In this document: one piece after another, positions 46,868 to 60,560 of the stretch
How the letters are laid out: each line of letters starts with the position of its first letter
How positions within the stretch are numbered: the stretch's first letter is position 1
Source: Camelus ferus
Lineage: Eukaryota
Reading direction: 5' to 3'
Assembly (NCBI RefSeq): GCF_009834535.1
Contig: NC_045722.1
Coordinates: 744,001 to 808,000, forward strand
DNA: 64,000 nucleotides
Notes under the pieces: generated by a model
The model's database searches: none
The model's input: the letters and a program-made list of their open reading frames with translations, nothing else
What the model was told of the DNA's origin: nothing
Translations under genes and position numbers: made by a program

Positions 46868-49800
46868 AGGTCGTAGTCCCCTCCCCCCTGCCACCCTCTC
46901 TGCACAGAGAGGTCTCCGAAGGCAAGACTTTGTTGCCTGTAGTTGTGGTCCCCAGGACCTAGCACAGGGCCTCACACACCTCTGTGTGTGTTTATCTGAT
47001 ACATCAACACTTGAAATTAGCCATTCATACATAGCAAAACAAAGAGCACAGAGTCAAAATGCAGAGTTCATTCTGGCCTGTGCAGTTAATTCATTTATTC
47101 CTTGACGTTACTCAGCTTGCCGGTGTTTACTGAAGGCCTCCCACGTGCCAGGCAGACAGCGCAGTGCATGTGAGCTTCCTCATGCTGAAGTGGACGTGGT
47201 GACCACCTAGCTTTGCTGGAACCTGAAGGAAACCAAGTATTCTGCCTCCCCCCGGGTGTCTGACTGAACTCCGTGGGCCTGTCAGAGCCACAGCGATGCC
47301 ACCAGCAGGCTTAGGTCTGCACAGTGTCTCAGGTTTGGCAAGAAAGCTTTCTGCAGATGTCAACACGACCACTCGGTTCCCTGCAAACCAGCATCCTGAG
47401 GGGCGGGGCTGCCCTTTCTAGCTCACGAGCAATGCCACTAGAAAGTCCCAGCACAGTCACGTCCTCTAGAGGACAGACTCTAGAGGCAGGAGGCGGTAAT
47501 CACCGCCCAGCTGCCTGCTGTGCGCAGCGTGCAGGACTCGGGATTTCCGCCGTGTCGCCCCTGGTCCTCACAAGAGCACTGATGGATGGAGAGACGGAGG
47601 CTCGCAGGAGTGACAGCTCCAGCTGAGGCCAGTTGGGGGGTCTTCCCTTCAACTTCTTAGAGCAGGTGGGGCTTCAGAGACCCGTCACAGGGAGAGAGGA
47701 GCCTGGCGAACCCCATGCCACATGTCCCGGGACCCAGTCCTCTCTTCTTCCTCTTCAGTGCTGCTCCGAGGCCAGGAGTAGGGACGAAATGAGTTTGGAA
47801 ATTTTGAGCTGAGGGAAGAAAACATTTTCTTTCTTTTAAAGGGGGCAGCTGTTAGGGTGTTTGCATATTGGGCTCTTGGGCAGCACCTGGCAGACTTGAC
47901 AGGCTTTCAAAATGAAGTTACTAATGGAAATTACGCGTTGGAGATTATGCAATTTCCAGAGAAACTGCTAAGAGAGAGTGGCTGGTGCCGGGAGATGGGA
48001 AGTGTGGCTCTGGGTTGTCGCAGCTGTGCACGGAAGGCACGGAGGCCAGGCCTGGCTGGAGTGGCATGGCAGGGGTCGCCTCTCAGACCCGGCTCTGCAC
48101 AGAAGGCGGAGCCAGGGCAAAACTCTAAAGACACAGCACGTGCGTCGGCCTGCCTCCTGCCCCCAGCTGTGGACGTGAGGGCTTCGAGTCTTGGACACAG
48201 GCGGGCAGCGCTATGCTGGACCTGATTCCTGATTCCTGGGCGTGCGGCTAGCCTGGGGGTCAGCTAATTTTGATTGCTGACCATCCCCGAGACAGTGGGG
48301 GTTATTGGAGGAGACCGAGAGGCCTGGGGCTCGGCTCCGGGGAGAGCCGTGGGCTGGCATGGGGGGTGAGGCTGGAGAGGGCAGCAAGGGCCGCGTCATG
48401 ACCCGCCTCTGAGTAGGCGGCCTTGGTCTTGGGTTGTACCTGTCGCACCTCCTTCCAACCCCTGTTGGGCAGTAAATTCTAGGGTTGCCCTGCCAATGAC
48501 CGCAGGGTTTGGAGCATAATGAGGTTTGTGAATGTGTGTGTGCTGGGGGGCTGCAGGGATCGCTTAATTAGCTTCTTTTCTGAAGAGCTAATGTGTTCAT
48601 AGAAGTCAAAATTCTCAAAAGACTGAGAATCTTCTGTTCCCCCCCACCCCCCCGCCCCAACGACCTAATTTCCCTTCCTAGAAGCAAACCGCGGTGTCAG
48701 CCTCCTGCGTCCTCTCTGTCTTTCATATCTGTTGTTTTCTCTCATGCTTTACTTCCATTTAATTTTCTGACTTCCCTCATTTCTCTTGCTTCCTCTTAAT
48801 TGGTTTTTAACAGTATTTATTCTCCCTCTGACTCCTTCGGATTTTAGACTCCATTTGAAGCATGCGGGTTAAATGGCTCTCTCTTCCCTCCGCTCCCTCC
48901 CTCAGCTCCGCCAGCTCCAGCTTGCGTCCTCCCGCGGTTGCACGCCGTCCCCGGTCTCCGTGTGCTCTTTCTTCACAGACGCCGTCGCCTCACTGTCTCC
49001 TTAACTCTCTGGCTGGAGCCTCCACCTCTCCGTGGAAACGCTCTTTGATGCACCTTCGCCTGCTGTTTGTTTTATCTTTTTTCCCTTTTTTTCTTGTCAA
49101 ACCTTTGTATTGATTAACCGTCACTGAAGCAGCTGATTCTTTGACTTCCTCACGGACCTCCTGTATGAGGGCGGTCAAGGTTGCCTTCCAGGTGGTCTAA
49201 ATGTTCCTTGTGACCCAGGGTTAATATAAGGGCACTTAGCCTTGCGTTGCCTCCAGCCCAGGGGAGGCTCTTCCCGGCGCCAAGTGCCTCCTCCCCTGTT
49301 GCCGCAGAGACAAGTACGGCTCCTCTGGGCGATGATGCCCCGGTTAGTCCTGGCCCAGCAGACCTCATGCCACCAGCATATGCACCTGCTCCCTGCTGCT
49401 GGGGACGAGGGCTTGCAGATTTGCACTGCAGGTGTGCCCCCACCTTCTGATGAGTGTCATGCAGCTGTCCCTGCGGCTGCGGCACACTGTCCACGTCCAC
49501 CTCCTCTGCGGAGGGTCTCTGGCTTGGGGCAACTCTCCCACCTGTTCTGTGTTTTAAGTGTCTCTTACTTTCACTAAAAATGGATTTTTTAATTTCTTAA
49601 ATCCTTTTTGGTTTGGGATGGTTTCCAGTAAAAGACATGAGGATCACTAACTTTACACCGGCTTCGAGTCAGACGCGCTCAGCTTGGAAAGATCATGCTG
49701 GCTGTGGCGTGGAGCCCAGGCGGAGGCAGGAAAATGGAGGCTGGAAGACCAGCGAGGAGATTGCCCTGCACTGGGGAGCCAGAGGCATGGATCCAAGGCA

Positions 49801-51509
49801 GACTTGGGGGGTGGTGCTGACGGCGTTTACCGGCTGATCAGGTGTCTGAGTGGGGCAGGGGGGGCGTGGCTCAGGGGGAGGTGGGCTACATCAGGGCGGC
49901 TGCCCAGGAAGCTGCTTGTGACCTAAAACGGGCCGCACTTCCTGCCGAGTTCCAACCCCCTGCCGCTTAGGCTGGGCCCTCTGGGAAGGGCACCGAGAGT
50001 CCTAATGGGACAGCGGGCTCCTGCCACTTCCCTGGGAGGTTCCCCGCAGATTGCTGGGTGAAACTGCTGCAACCTCGGAGAAGACCTGCGGCAATCGGAA
50101 GCGGAGCCTTAACCAAGCCTCCCTACGGTGAGGCCTGAAAATAGGGTTTGCAAGATCAAAACAAAACAAAACAAAAAACTGGGTGTAAAATGCTCTGTAA
50201 AATTGATATCTCAGTGTTTCCTGCCACGCCCGACTAAGGAGCATGGATCCCCGACTTCCGAGGGTGGGGTGGTGGCTGACGGGGGGTCATGCAGCCCACC
50301 CTGCCTCCAGGAAAATGTCAGGATGTGGTAAGTCCTGTTTTTCCTTCACGTGCAGTCAGGGCCGAGAACCCAGGGCCACGCAGCCGCACAGATGGTCAGA
50401 GCTCAGAGCTAGGAACCTGCCGGCCCCAGGCCTAAGCAGGCCCCCAGGAACGCAGCTGCCTGCCTGCCTGCGTCCGGGCCGGACGTCCTCCGACCGAGCC
50501 TTCAGTTCTTCTCCAGGGGACACGCCGCCCAGGTAGTGTGTCTTCTGTATCTGTTGGCTTTTTTTATTTTAACACTTTACCCTGGCCTCCTCCTGGGACG
50601 TGTTTCCTGACCCAGCTCACATCCCTACAGCAGCGCTGGCGTCCGCGCCTCGCGCACACCGCTGTGACAACTTGGAGCCGCGTCCCCAATCTAAAAAAGC
50701 TGTTCCCTGTCAGCGACTTCTCTGGAACGTCTCCAGCAGTTCCTCCGCTAGTTATCGGGGCTCACGAGGATTTGCTTTAGCAAGAATAATCCTGGAACGT
50801 TGACTTTTGCCCCTAAAACTCAGGCTGTGCTCTGCTCTACAGTGGAACGTGATACAAGCATTTAAAACGGGGCTTATATAAGACAGGGTGGTTGGGGTGG
50901 GGGGTGGTGTTTAAACTTTGGAAGAATGCTTACCACCGTGTGAAAAAAAGCAGGATGCAAAATTGTATGATTTCAAGTATGTTAAAAGTACGTGTGATGG
51001 AGTGAAGACAGACTTCTCGCCCTGCCCTCCCCGCCACCCCACACCCGCCCCGTTTCCCTTCCAGGTCACTAAAGCAACGTGCTTTCTTGTCAAGTTAATG
51101 ATGTCTCGTCATCCAGCCTTGACAGAGAGGAGGTCAGTGTTCTCTAGGGCTGATAAGGTCAGGGTGTTTGATCACCGGAAATAGCTACCAGTGTAGTAAC
51201 AGGAAGACTATTAATTTCTTATGTGGGTCAAATATTATTTGTATGGCTGTGGGTTTTTTCCGGGAAGAAATTAGTCTTGGGGCAGCGAGGCAGGTTTTAT
51301 TTCAGATGCACCGTTGGGTGAGGCAGCTACAGTCTAAGTGGAAGACCCCGCATTCCCGACCCCCCACACTTGCACCGCCTTCTCCTCCTCTGGAGCCGGA
51401 GCCACTGGGGGCAGTGAGAAGAGACACGGTCACTCAGAGCCAGAGGCTGGGGTTGCGGGAGGCACAGGAGTAGGTTCAAGAATTCCTCCTTGCGACACAA
51501 ACGAACTCA

Positions 51510-52020
51510 TGAACAAAACAGACAGACTCACACACACAGAAAACACACTTACGGCTACCCGGGGAGCGAGGGGCTGGGGAGGGTAAACTGGGAGATCGGG
51601 GTTTGTAGACACTGCCTACTATGTATGTATGTCTCTTAAAAACAGTCAACCCCAAATTATCCTCATGCCAAAGAGGGGCATTTGTGGGGCGGTGCAATTT
51701 TGCTTCCTTCCAAAAGCAAATCTATTAGAGGCCACGTGAACGTTGTTCAGTACATTTTCATTCTAGTGAATATATAAAATAAAGAACAGACACTTGAGAT
51801 GTTAAATAAATAACACTCTTCATTCCAAGAAAAAAGCAAAGTCCTGCTGTGCAGCACAGGGAACTGTATTCAATTCCTTGTAACGGCCTATAATGAAAAA
51901 GAACATGAAAAGCAACACACGTATGTGTGTGCATGATGGAAACACTGTGCTGTGCACCAGAAATTGGCACAGTTGTCAACTGACTCTACTCCAATTTAAA
52001 AAAAAGGTTAAAAAAAGAAG
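51510..52020 (+). mobile_element. L1 3' UTR with A-rich tail, interrupted by a ~200-bp insert
   Basis: acagactcacacacacagaaaacacacttacggctacc ... gcacagggaactgtattcaattccttgtaacggcctataatgaaaaagaac ... aatttaaaaaaaa. Confidence 0.85.
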
Positions 52021-54699
52021 AGGGAACTGGGAGGCTCAGCCAGAGGGAAGATGTAAGGATGGAAACGGAGGCCAGAGAGGAGAGAAGACGGCGCTGCTGG
52101 GCTCGAAGGTGGAGGCAGGGACCCGAGCCACGTGATGTGGTCTCCGGAAGCCAGCCCAGGGGCGGGAGCGAGTCTCCCCAGAGCCTCCGGGGGGAATGCG
52201 GCCCCACCCAGCCGCTGAGCCCCCCACCTCCTGAACTGAGACAGTGCGTCTGACCAGTTTTAAGGCACTACTGCGTTTGTGGAAATCTGTCCCGGCAGCA
52301 ACAGAAAAGCCAGTACGGCCCCTGCCCTCCCTGCGCTCCCCGGGAGCCGTCCTGGGAGCCACCTCCAGAAGCAAAGGCCACCGCGCACTTGAGATTAAAC
52401 AGTGGGAAACAAGGAAAGCGTATTTGCAACACACAAAGTTGACCAAGAGCAGATTTCTTTGATTTATAAAAATTTTGATAAGAAAAGGACCCCAAACCGG
52501 ATTTCTGAATGAGCAAAGAACATGAACACCACGTGCTCAGGAGAAGAAAGGGGGGCGGCTTCGTGCTGAAACGGAGGGATGAGTGACTGGGTGGAAAAGG
52601 GCGAAAAAGGAGCAGCTGCAGGGACGGCCCGCGGCCCCGCGTGGGTGGGGACCGAGCCGCTCGGGCCGCGCTCCGCGTGCTCCTTCCTGGAAGGAACTGC
52701 AAGGAAAAGTTGGAAAGACGGCCTTTGGGAGGGGACCAGCGGAGAATGGCATTCCGTTTTTAACATTTCCTGTTGTTCGAATGTTCTAAATTTAGATTCT
52801 TCCCCAGTTTCATTGAAGCATAACTGACACCCAACATTGTATTCGTTCTAGGTGTTTAAATGATGATTTGGTACGTGTATATACTATAAAGCGATGAAGT
52901 AAGTATTGTCAATCATTTTTTTAATGTCAACAAAAGCTAATTTGACCAAGGAGATTATGACTTGCTTTTAGTTGGCTTCTTGGTACCTCTTTGTATTAAA
53001 AAAACAAAAAGTCAAACCAGCACAATAGAAGGCGGAGAACGCTGGCAGAGAGCCCGTTTTGCTCTATGTGTATTATTTTCTCGCACACGAAGCACTGGGG
53101 CGTTCTGTAAGGGTGCCGCTCAGGCCCCTCCTCCGGGGGCAGAGCCACAAGAAGTGTGATAAACCCCCGGACACAGGTCACCAAGGCCCTCAGATCCAAA
53201 CATGGTTGTCTTGTCAGCCTGGGGCCTCCTGGGCTGTGGGAACAGATTTGTATTCAGGGTTGCCGCTCCCCAGTCATTCAACTGGCAAGTCAGGGGACCT
53301 CTCTGGGCCTCTGTCTCGTCATCTGTGAAAACAGGGATGTTTGTTTTCAGGGTTAATATGAGGCTTAGCTACGACCGTGCCTGGCAGCGCCCAGCTCAGC
53401 GAACGCGCCCGGGCAGGACACGGCAAAACCAAGCTCTCGTCTCCTTCTTCACCTCTTCCTCCCAGCCTGCCGAGGGCTGAGGGCGGCCTCGTTTAACGGC
53501 ACAGGGATAAGAGCGAGTCTTCGCCTGTCGACGTGCAGCGACCTCACAGGGAAGACCCACGCCATGAAGCCACATGCCTGTTCCCACGCTGGTGCGGCTG
53601 TCCCCAGCCTGGCATCTCTGCCAAGTCACAGCAGGTCAAGGAAGGTGGGAGCTCTTCACATGTTTGCCTCCTCCCTGACGCACACTTAAACGTCGCTGCA
53701 GGAACTGACACCCTCAGTGTCACAGCCCGCACGCCCGCCACATGGGGTGGGGCAGAAACCAGCACACTTTGTTCCCGGGGCCCCTGCCGCAGTGTGCTGG
53801 CTTTCTGGTGAATTCGAACAATAGAGCAATTCAACTTTTAGCTGCTCCAGGTGGTAACTGGGGCCAACTACTGAGCTGCAGGGAAAGCTGGACTCTTAGA
53901 ATCCAGAATCCGGAGATGTGAAGGGCCTTTGGGAGTCCTCTGCTCTGGGGGCCACCTCCCACCAGAAGCCTCTCTGCAGCCCCTGCCATGGTGGGCAGCT
54001 CTCACTCGATGAGGAGGGGGTGGTGGGGCTGGGGTACCAACCCCGCCGGGCCGCACGGGTGGTCGGTCAGAGGCATGTCCTGTTTCTTGGGCCTTCGGGG
54101 AGGTTGACTCTTTCCCAAGAAGAATTCCTAACTCTTTTCTCTCGTGCGTCCGTTTATGTGTTCCAGCCACACATTTCGGTGGGAGCCTTTAAGCGCCAGG
54201 CCCTGTCCTGGGCTGTAGCCCTCTCAGCAGTGACAGTGACGTCGACCCTGCCCTTGGGACAGAGCCAGACGTGGAGGAGGGAGGTGAGGAGGTCCTGTAG
54301 CATGGGGGACCTCGGCTAAATAGAGACTGGTGGTCACCCAGGGCCCCGAGGCACCCAACGTGAGCCGGGCGGTAGGGCTAGAAAGAAGGGGGGATTCCAG
54401 AGAGATGTGTGGCCTGGGGCTTGATTAGGTTTGGGGGCATGAGGGGGAGGCAGGTGTCCAGGATGCCCCAGTGTCCAGCTCAGTGGTGGCGGTGGGAACA
54501 CAGAGGAAAGCAGGTTGGGGCCACGGGTCTGGGAAGTCAGAATGAGCTGGGCTTGTGACATGTGGGGTTTGGGGCCCCTCCAGGTGGACAGGCTTAGTGG
54601 CAGCCGGACCCAGGGTTTCAGGGCACAAGAGGGACATCAAGACTGGCATCAGTACCAACAGGAAACAAGGAGACGTGGGGGAAAGAGGAGCTATTCCAC

Positions 54700-55030
54700 C
54701 GGAAGAGAGACTCTCCTTGGCTTGGAAAGTGTAGAGTGAGGACGTGAGGTCAGGCCCCAGCGCAGACGTTTGTCATTGTGAGGGGAAGCCTGGAGCTGCT
54801 GGAGGTCCGCTAAGTGAGGCCTGAGTTGGAAGCCTACGTTACAGACAGCGGGACAGAGAGAGATCCGGTCTTAGATGACACTGTTTGAGCCACTAGATCA
54901 AGCTTTACCTGAAGCTCCTTCTAGACTTTGCCATCATGCAACTCAATAACTTCCCTTTACTGTTTCAGTCAGTTTGAGCAGAGGGTTTATTTGTTTTACT
55001 GCTTGCGATGCAGAGTCCTAACTAATGCAC
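54700..55030 (+). mobile_element. MLT1 (late subfamily) LTR relic
   Basis: gatgacactgtttgagccactagatcaagctttacctgaagc...cttgcgatgcagagtcctaactaatgca. Confidence 0.7.
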
Positions 55031-57929
55031 ATACTGAGGAACAGACCTCCTCGGGTCAGTGTGTGGGGTCTGAGATGGGAGGGAGGGGAGTATCAAGTTT
55101 TCAGAAACTTTGATACTTCTGTGGCCCTGAATCACTGTCCCCTCGAGAGCCATATCAGTGGATTTTCTATTTCGCGATCTCTTTAAAGGTTTTCCCCGTC
55201 TCCCGCTGTGTAACTTCCCTGACAGCGCAATTAACATGATTCTAAAGTCACTTACTCACTAAAAAATGAGGTGTTGCTGGAAAATAGGTTAGACGCCCCC
55301 CCCTCCTTACGTTGCCTGCCCAGATGCTGAAGAGCCGTCCTTGTCAACCGGGGCCAACGGCATGCAACGGCACGACCTTGGATTCCCCCACTCAGACCCG
55401 TCTTGCACGCTGCGGCCAGGCAGGCGCTCTGAAGTGCACACCCTGCCTGGAGAACGCCAGCGCCGCCCACGGCCTGCTGCGAGGAGCTGCAGCCCCTCGG
55501 CATGATGCAGCGCTCACACGCAGGCCCCGCGCCCCTGCACCCGCGTGCCTGCCCCTCCCCTGGACAGGCCGTTGGTGACAACAGCCCGGGCTTGGGGGGC
55601 ACTTTCCGTGGGCAGGCGGTGCACTGAGGGCTGCACGTGGCTTGTCTCACTGAATCCTCATAGCTCCCCTCTGGGAAGCACTCTTACACCCCCGGCCCTG
55701 TCTCCACGACTCAGACACCGCGGGGGCGATGCTGGGAAAGCAGACACGGGATCTGGACTGAGGTTGACCCTGGAGGAGAGAACGGGTGAGGCTCAGCGAG
55801 GAGGGTCAGACAGACAGGACTTCAGATGCCAGGAAGGGGTTTGAGCGTGAAGTAGGGGGAGCGAGGTGAGGGACTGGGGGTGGCCGCGAGGGTGGGAAGC
55901 TGCATCTCCGTTGACGTGGGGCTCCTCCCGCCTCTTGCCGGGGTCTCAGGGGACCTAGGGAGCACCCCCGGCCAGGCTGGGTCCTCTGGCCTCTGTCCTA
56001 CCCCGGAAGCCACAGGTAACAGCTGTGTCCTAGACCCTGCAGGTGGGAAACACTAGGGTGTCGCTGCCAAGCGTGTGTGCGGGTGCGCACGCGTGCATGT
56101 GTTTGCAAGGGACTGTTTGCATCTTCACCACGCTCAGGAGCCTGTGTGACAAGTAGGCCCCCCGGGCACGGCCCCGCCTCCCACGCCTGCCCCTTCTCTG
56201 GGTGGGAGGAGCGCCCAGTTCTCCACTGCAGCTGCTTCCCTCTCACCCCATCGAAGCGCCCCCTGCCTCAGACAATGCAGCATGATTTTTCTGAAAATGT
56301 GTTTTCACAAAACAAAAGCCAGGAAGGGGAGGGGTGTCTTCTGGGTGCTTGGCAACAGCAGCCTGCGGCTGGGGTTCACCCAGCAACGCAGAGGCCTCCA
56401 GGAACAGAAGTCGCCGGCGCTGGGCCTCCTCCCCGGCCGGGAGCAGTGTCTGCAGCGGGAAGAGCCGAGAGGATGACCACCTCCACCACCACCTGCCTCC
56501 CTGATGACGGATTCACTCGACTAACTCGCCTCCGTGTTCACCACTCGAGCCTCAGCTGCGTGAAGGCAGGAGTTCTGTGTCTGTTGGGTTCCCTTTGGTC
56601 CTAGCATACAGTAGGTGCTCAGATGACGTGGGTGCTGGGACAAGGGGTGGGGGGAAGGCAGTGATGTGGAGCTGGAGGGCGGTGGTGGGCAGTGCCCGCG
56701 ACCTCACCTTTATCCCCTCCTAACCGGCCTCTGTGCCCCTCACCTGCAGGGGGGAGGGGGGCTTCCTACCTTGGTCAGCTGCCCTGTCTCCCCACATGAG
56801 AAGCTGCATGGTTTAGGGGGAAGCACACGGAGAGTCAGGTAGAGCTGGGGTGAAGTCCGGCCTGGAGACCTTGGCCAGGTTACCTGGTCTCCTCTGCAAA
56901 CTGGAGGCACTGCTCGTGTTAAATGAGACGCTAGCGTGTGAACGCGCCTGACGCACGTAATTTACATGGCCGTGACCGTCACTCATTCAGGGCACACTGA
57001 GGAGCGCCTGCAGGCTCCCCTCACGGAGCTACTTGCAGAAAGTTCTCCGCATCTCTTACTTTCCGGGGGGGAATGCGGGGCACTTAATTTGCTGAGGGCC
57101 AGGGATCTGGGGATAAGGAAGACGGAGTCCTGTCCACGGAGCAGATTGCATCCCCCAAGGCATTCTGGCCCCTGGTTTCTCCTTCTCATCAACTTCAGGG
57201 CCCTGGCTCAGTGCATTGTCTCTGGAGGGAAGCGAGTGCTTCCGTCCCCTCCAGTCCCTGCTGCTTCCTGAGCCCAAGAGCTCCCGGGTCCTGCATCTCC
57301 TCAGTCGAGGCACCACTTGGAAGGGCCCAGAGGAGCGGGGGAGGCCAAGCTCCTCCCCAGGGTCCGTCTCCCTTGCTGTGAAACTCCAGATCTCTGCTCT
57401 TGGCCTCGCTCTGTGACCCTCTTTTGTATTTCAGTTTTTCCAGCCAAAAGAAAACTGAGAAGAGGAGGGGAAATGGAGCCTCACGGAGGCCCTCACTCAC
57501 AGGGCCTGCCCAGCACTGTGGTCACAGCAGGCTTCCCACACAGGACCCGTGGCCTGGACCCACGGCAGGGTCTTTGCTGTTTCCCCCACACACCTCAGCA
57601 AAATCCTCTCCCTGGTCTGCACGCCCTCACCCCAGACTCACGTGGTGCAGTCCAGCTGTCCTTTAAGACTCTGGAGTCACCTCTTCCAGGAAGCTCTCCG
57701 GCATTCCACCCCTTTCCTTGGAAGAGTGGGCCCTTGCCCTTCTGAGCCCCCTCCAAGCACCCTGCACCTGGCCCTTTATAAACCTCTGTCTGCTGCGTGG
57801 AAGCCATCTGAGATGGGGAGATGCCCCACTGACCGCTGTGCATCAATGACAGGTCCTGGTGGCTCCGGTTGGCCGAGCTCCTCTGACGAGCCTGGCACCG
57901 TGCCGTGTACCACGTGCCTGGACTTGCTT

Positions 57930-58050
57930 AGTCTGAGCAACCCTGTGAGGTAAGAGCCGTTGCCTTTTAAAACAGAGGCATCCGTGCCCACAATCACACG
58001 ATCACTAAACACCAGAGTTAGTACACAGACGGGAGTCAGTCTGAAGCCTT
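57930..58050 (-). mobile_element. MIR relic
   Basis: caaccctgtgaggtaagagccgttgccttttaaaacagaggca...cagtctgaagcct. Confidence 0.55.
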
Positions 58051-60229
58051 GAAGTCCTGGGAAATGGTGGTTAGGGAAGGAGAGGGGAGGAAGGAGGAAA
58101 GGAAGGACAGAGGGAAGGGAGGGGGTCCTCTGTCCCTGCCCTTGGGAGCAGGCTGCCTGTTTCACACCCACAAAGGGGACTCCCCAAGCTGTGGGGGCCC
58201 CAGCCTCTCCCCCAGGCCCCTTCTGGAACCCCCTCAGCCCTTGTCAAATCAAAGCCTGGCCGCGGGGGAGGTCGCTGGGCCAGGGCCGGGCAGGAGCGGG
58301 TGAGCTCACAGGGTTAATCCCCGTGTTTACTTCCTTTCTCTCCTCCTCAGTTGCTCCCTTTGAAGAGCTGCCTCGGGGTTCATGTTGCAGCATCAAACAG
58401 GGATGCAAGATGCAGCTCGCCTTAGCAGTGGGAGCCTGTGAGCAGCTTAGGTCCCTGGGGGCGCCTGGCGCACAGAATTCTGCGCTGAGCCCGGAGCATG
58501 ATGGGGGGTGGGGGGGGGCTCACGGCAGACAGACACGCAGCCCACAGGCTCGGACACACAGACACAGCCACAGCCACACAGACGTGCATGAGCCCACACC
58601 GCCACTCACACGCACGGTGCGTACACGGCCCCCGGTGCGCACTCACGGCAGCCTTAACCGCACGTGTGCACAGGCGTGCGTGCACGTGACATCCATGGAG
58701 ACAGACACACAGCTGCACGTGCAGTCACTACAGAGACACACCCGGAGGTTTCCAGCAACGAACGTAATTTTGTCCCACCAGTGAGGGTTACTCATTCCAT
58801 CTCTGAAATGCTTCTCCTAACTGTCCCTCTTCCTCATCCTGCCGCAGCCCTAGTCCCTTCAACCCCCACCTGGGCTGCCGGACAGTGTCAGCAGTCCCCT
58901 GTCTGGATCTCAGCCCCTATTCTGACCCCTCCTCAGTGCATCCTGTGCATGAGGGCATGGGTATCAGGCAAATCTGACCCCATCTCTTCCTCCGGAAAAC
59001 CCTTCAGAGGCCTCCCTTCCCTACCAGGTGAAATTCAGATCATTTGGCGTCCCCTACAGGGCCGTGTGCAGTCTGGCCTGGGCTCATGGTCTGGCCTCAG
59101 CCCTGGCTTAGGGCCCCAGGGCCCCCCAGGGGAGCTGTCCCTGCTGACTCCCCCTGAGAAGTCCCCCTCCCTGTCCATCATCTCCGCTGTTAACCTACCA
59201 CCCATCCATCCTTCACGGCCCAGTTGAGCCGTCACCTCCCCGCTTCGCACTGACGTCATCCTGCCCCGTGGCTTTCACTGTCCTTTCTCTGGCCCTCGCC
59301 AGTATCACTGTCACCTGCGTGCCCTTGAGCTGCTCCCACTGAACTCCCAGCACGTCCAGTGCAGAGCCCCAAACACACGGATGCTCAACAAACTCCCGGG
59401 GGGGATGAATAAATGAATTGATCAGGTCACCCCAGGTGACCCTTCCCGGCCGGGCAACTCAGGCACGCGCGGTAGCTTACCAGCCTGCGCGGGGTGAAAG
59501 GGCGCATTCGCCTCTCCTGGCGCGCTTGACAGTACCGGCCTCGGAGAAGCTGGGGAAGGACTTTGTGGAGCGGCTCGCTCGTGGTGGCTGCTGTTGTCAA
59601 CTGCGGGTTTTGTTTCCTCTGACGTCTCTCCGCGGATGTTTTCTGATCCCCCACCCCTCACTGCCCGCCCAGCTCAGTGCTGGGCTCCAGCACTGCTTCA
59701 CTGCAGGTTTGCTGTTGGCTCGATCAGCTGCACGGCTTCTGAGGGCTTGTTTCCAGCCTGAGAACCCTGAGCTGAGGATGCTCTTCCCATCTGCCAGTTT
59801 CCCCTGAGCCTGGAAGCCGAGGGCTTTACAGGGTACATTCCTCCTCCCATCTCCCCAAGCTGCACAGCTGCTCTGCTTGTAGTTCTGTGAATCGACCTGA
59901 GTCAGGACCGAGGGGACAGGAACAGCTGGGCTTTTCTGCTCCAAAAGGCAGAGTCATTGCAGCCGGCCCCGCGCAGCGGTGGGCACCCCCAGATACTGCA
60001 CTTGGGGCTGGGGTTCCCATAGCAACCCCTGTGGGACCTGCTGTCCCTGCTTCAGCACAGCATCTCCTGGACTTGAGTGAGAGGGTAGGAAGAGGGCGGG
60101 AGGGAGAGGGCAAGGCTGCAAGGAACATGAAATGACCATCACATGCAGACACCTCCAGTCTTTTAATCCTCACGACGATCCTGAGAGGAACACATGTTAT
60201 TGTCCTCATGTTACACAAGGAAGCTGAGG

Positions 60230-60560
60230 AGAGAGCATGTGCAAAGGCCCTGAGGCTGGAAAGATTTTGGTACATTTGGGGAGCTGGGGCGAGAAGACCA
60301 GTGTGGCTGGAGCTTGGTAAGCACAGGCTAGAGGGCTAGAGGGCTAGAGACTGAGGGTGGGGGACCTGCCAGGCACCAGGCCACCTGGGGCCTCGGAGGC
60401 CAGGCACGGAGTTGAGATAGCATTCAGGATAATCAGAGCTTGACCTCATTTAGAGTTCAAGCTGATCACTCTGGCTGCCTGGTGAAGAACACAGTCAGGG
60501 GCAGCAGACCAGTCAGCAGGTGATGTGGTGGTCCCAGCTGGGGCTGAAGACAGGTGGCCC
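60230..60560 (-). mobile_element. L2 relic
   Basis: gcatgtgcaaaggccctgaggctggaaag; gaagaccagtgtggctggagc; gatcactctggctgcctggtgaag. Confidence 0.7.

Noticed and set aside
48990-49178. Charged 62-aa ORF (MTALIQEVREEVKES...)
   Set aside because: It is short and embedded in sequence that looks like a degraded L1 5'/ORF1 region. There is no splice or homology support.
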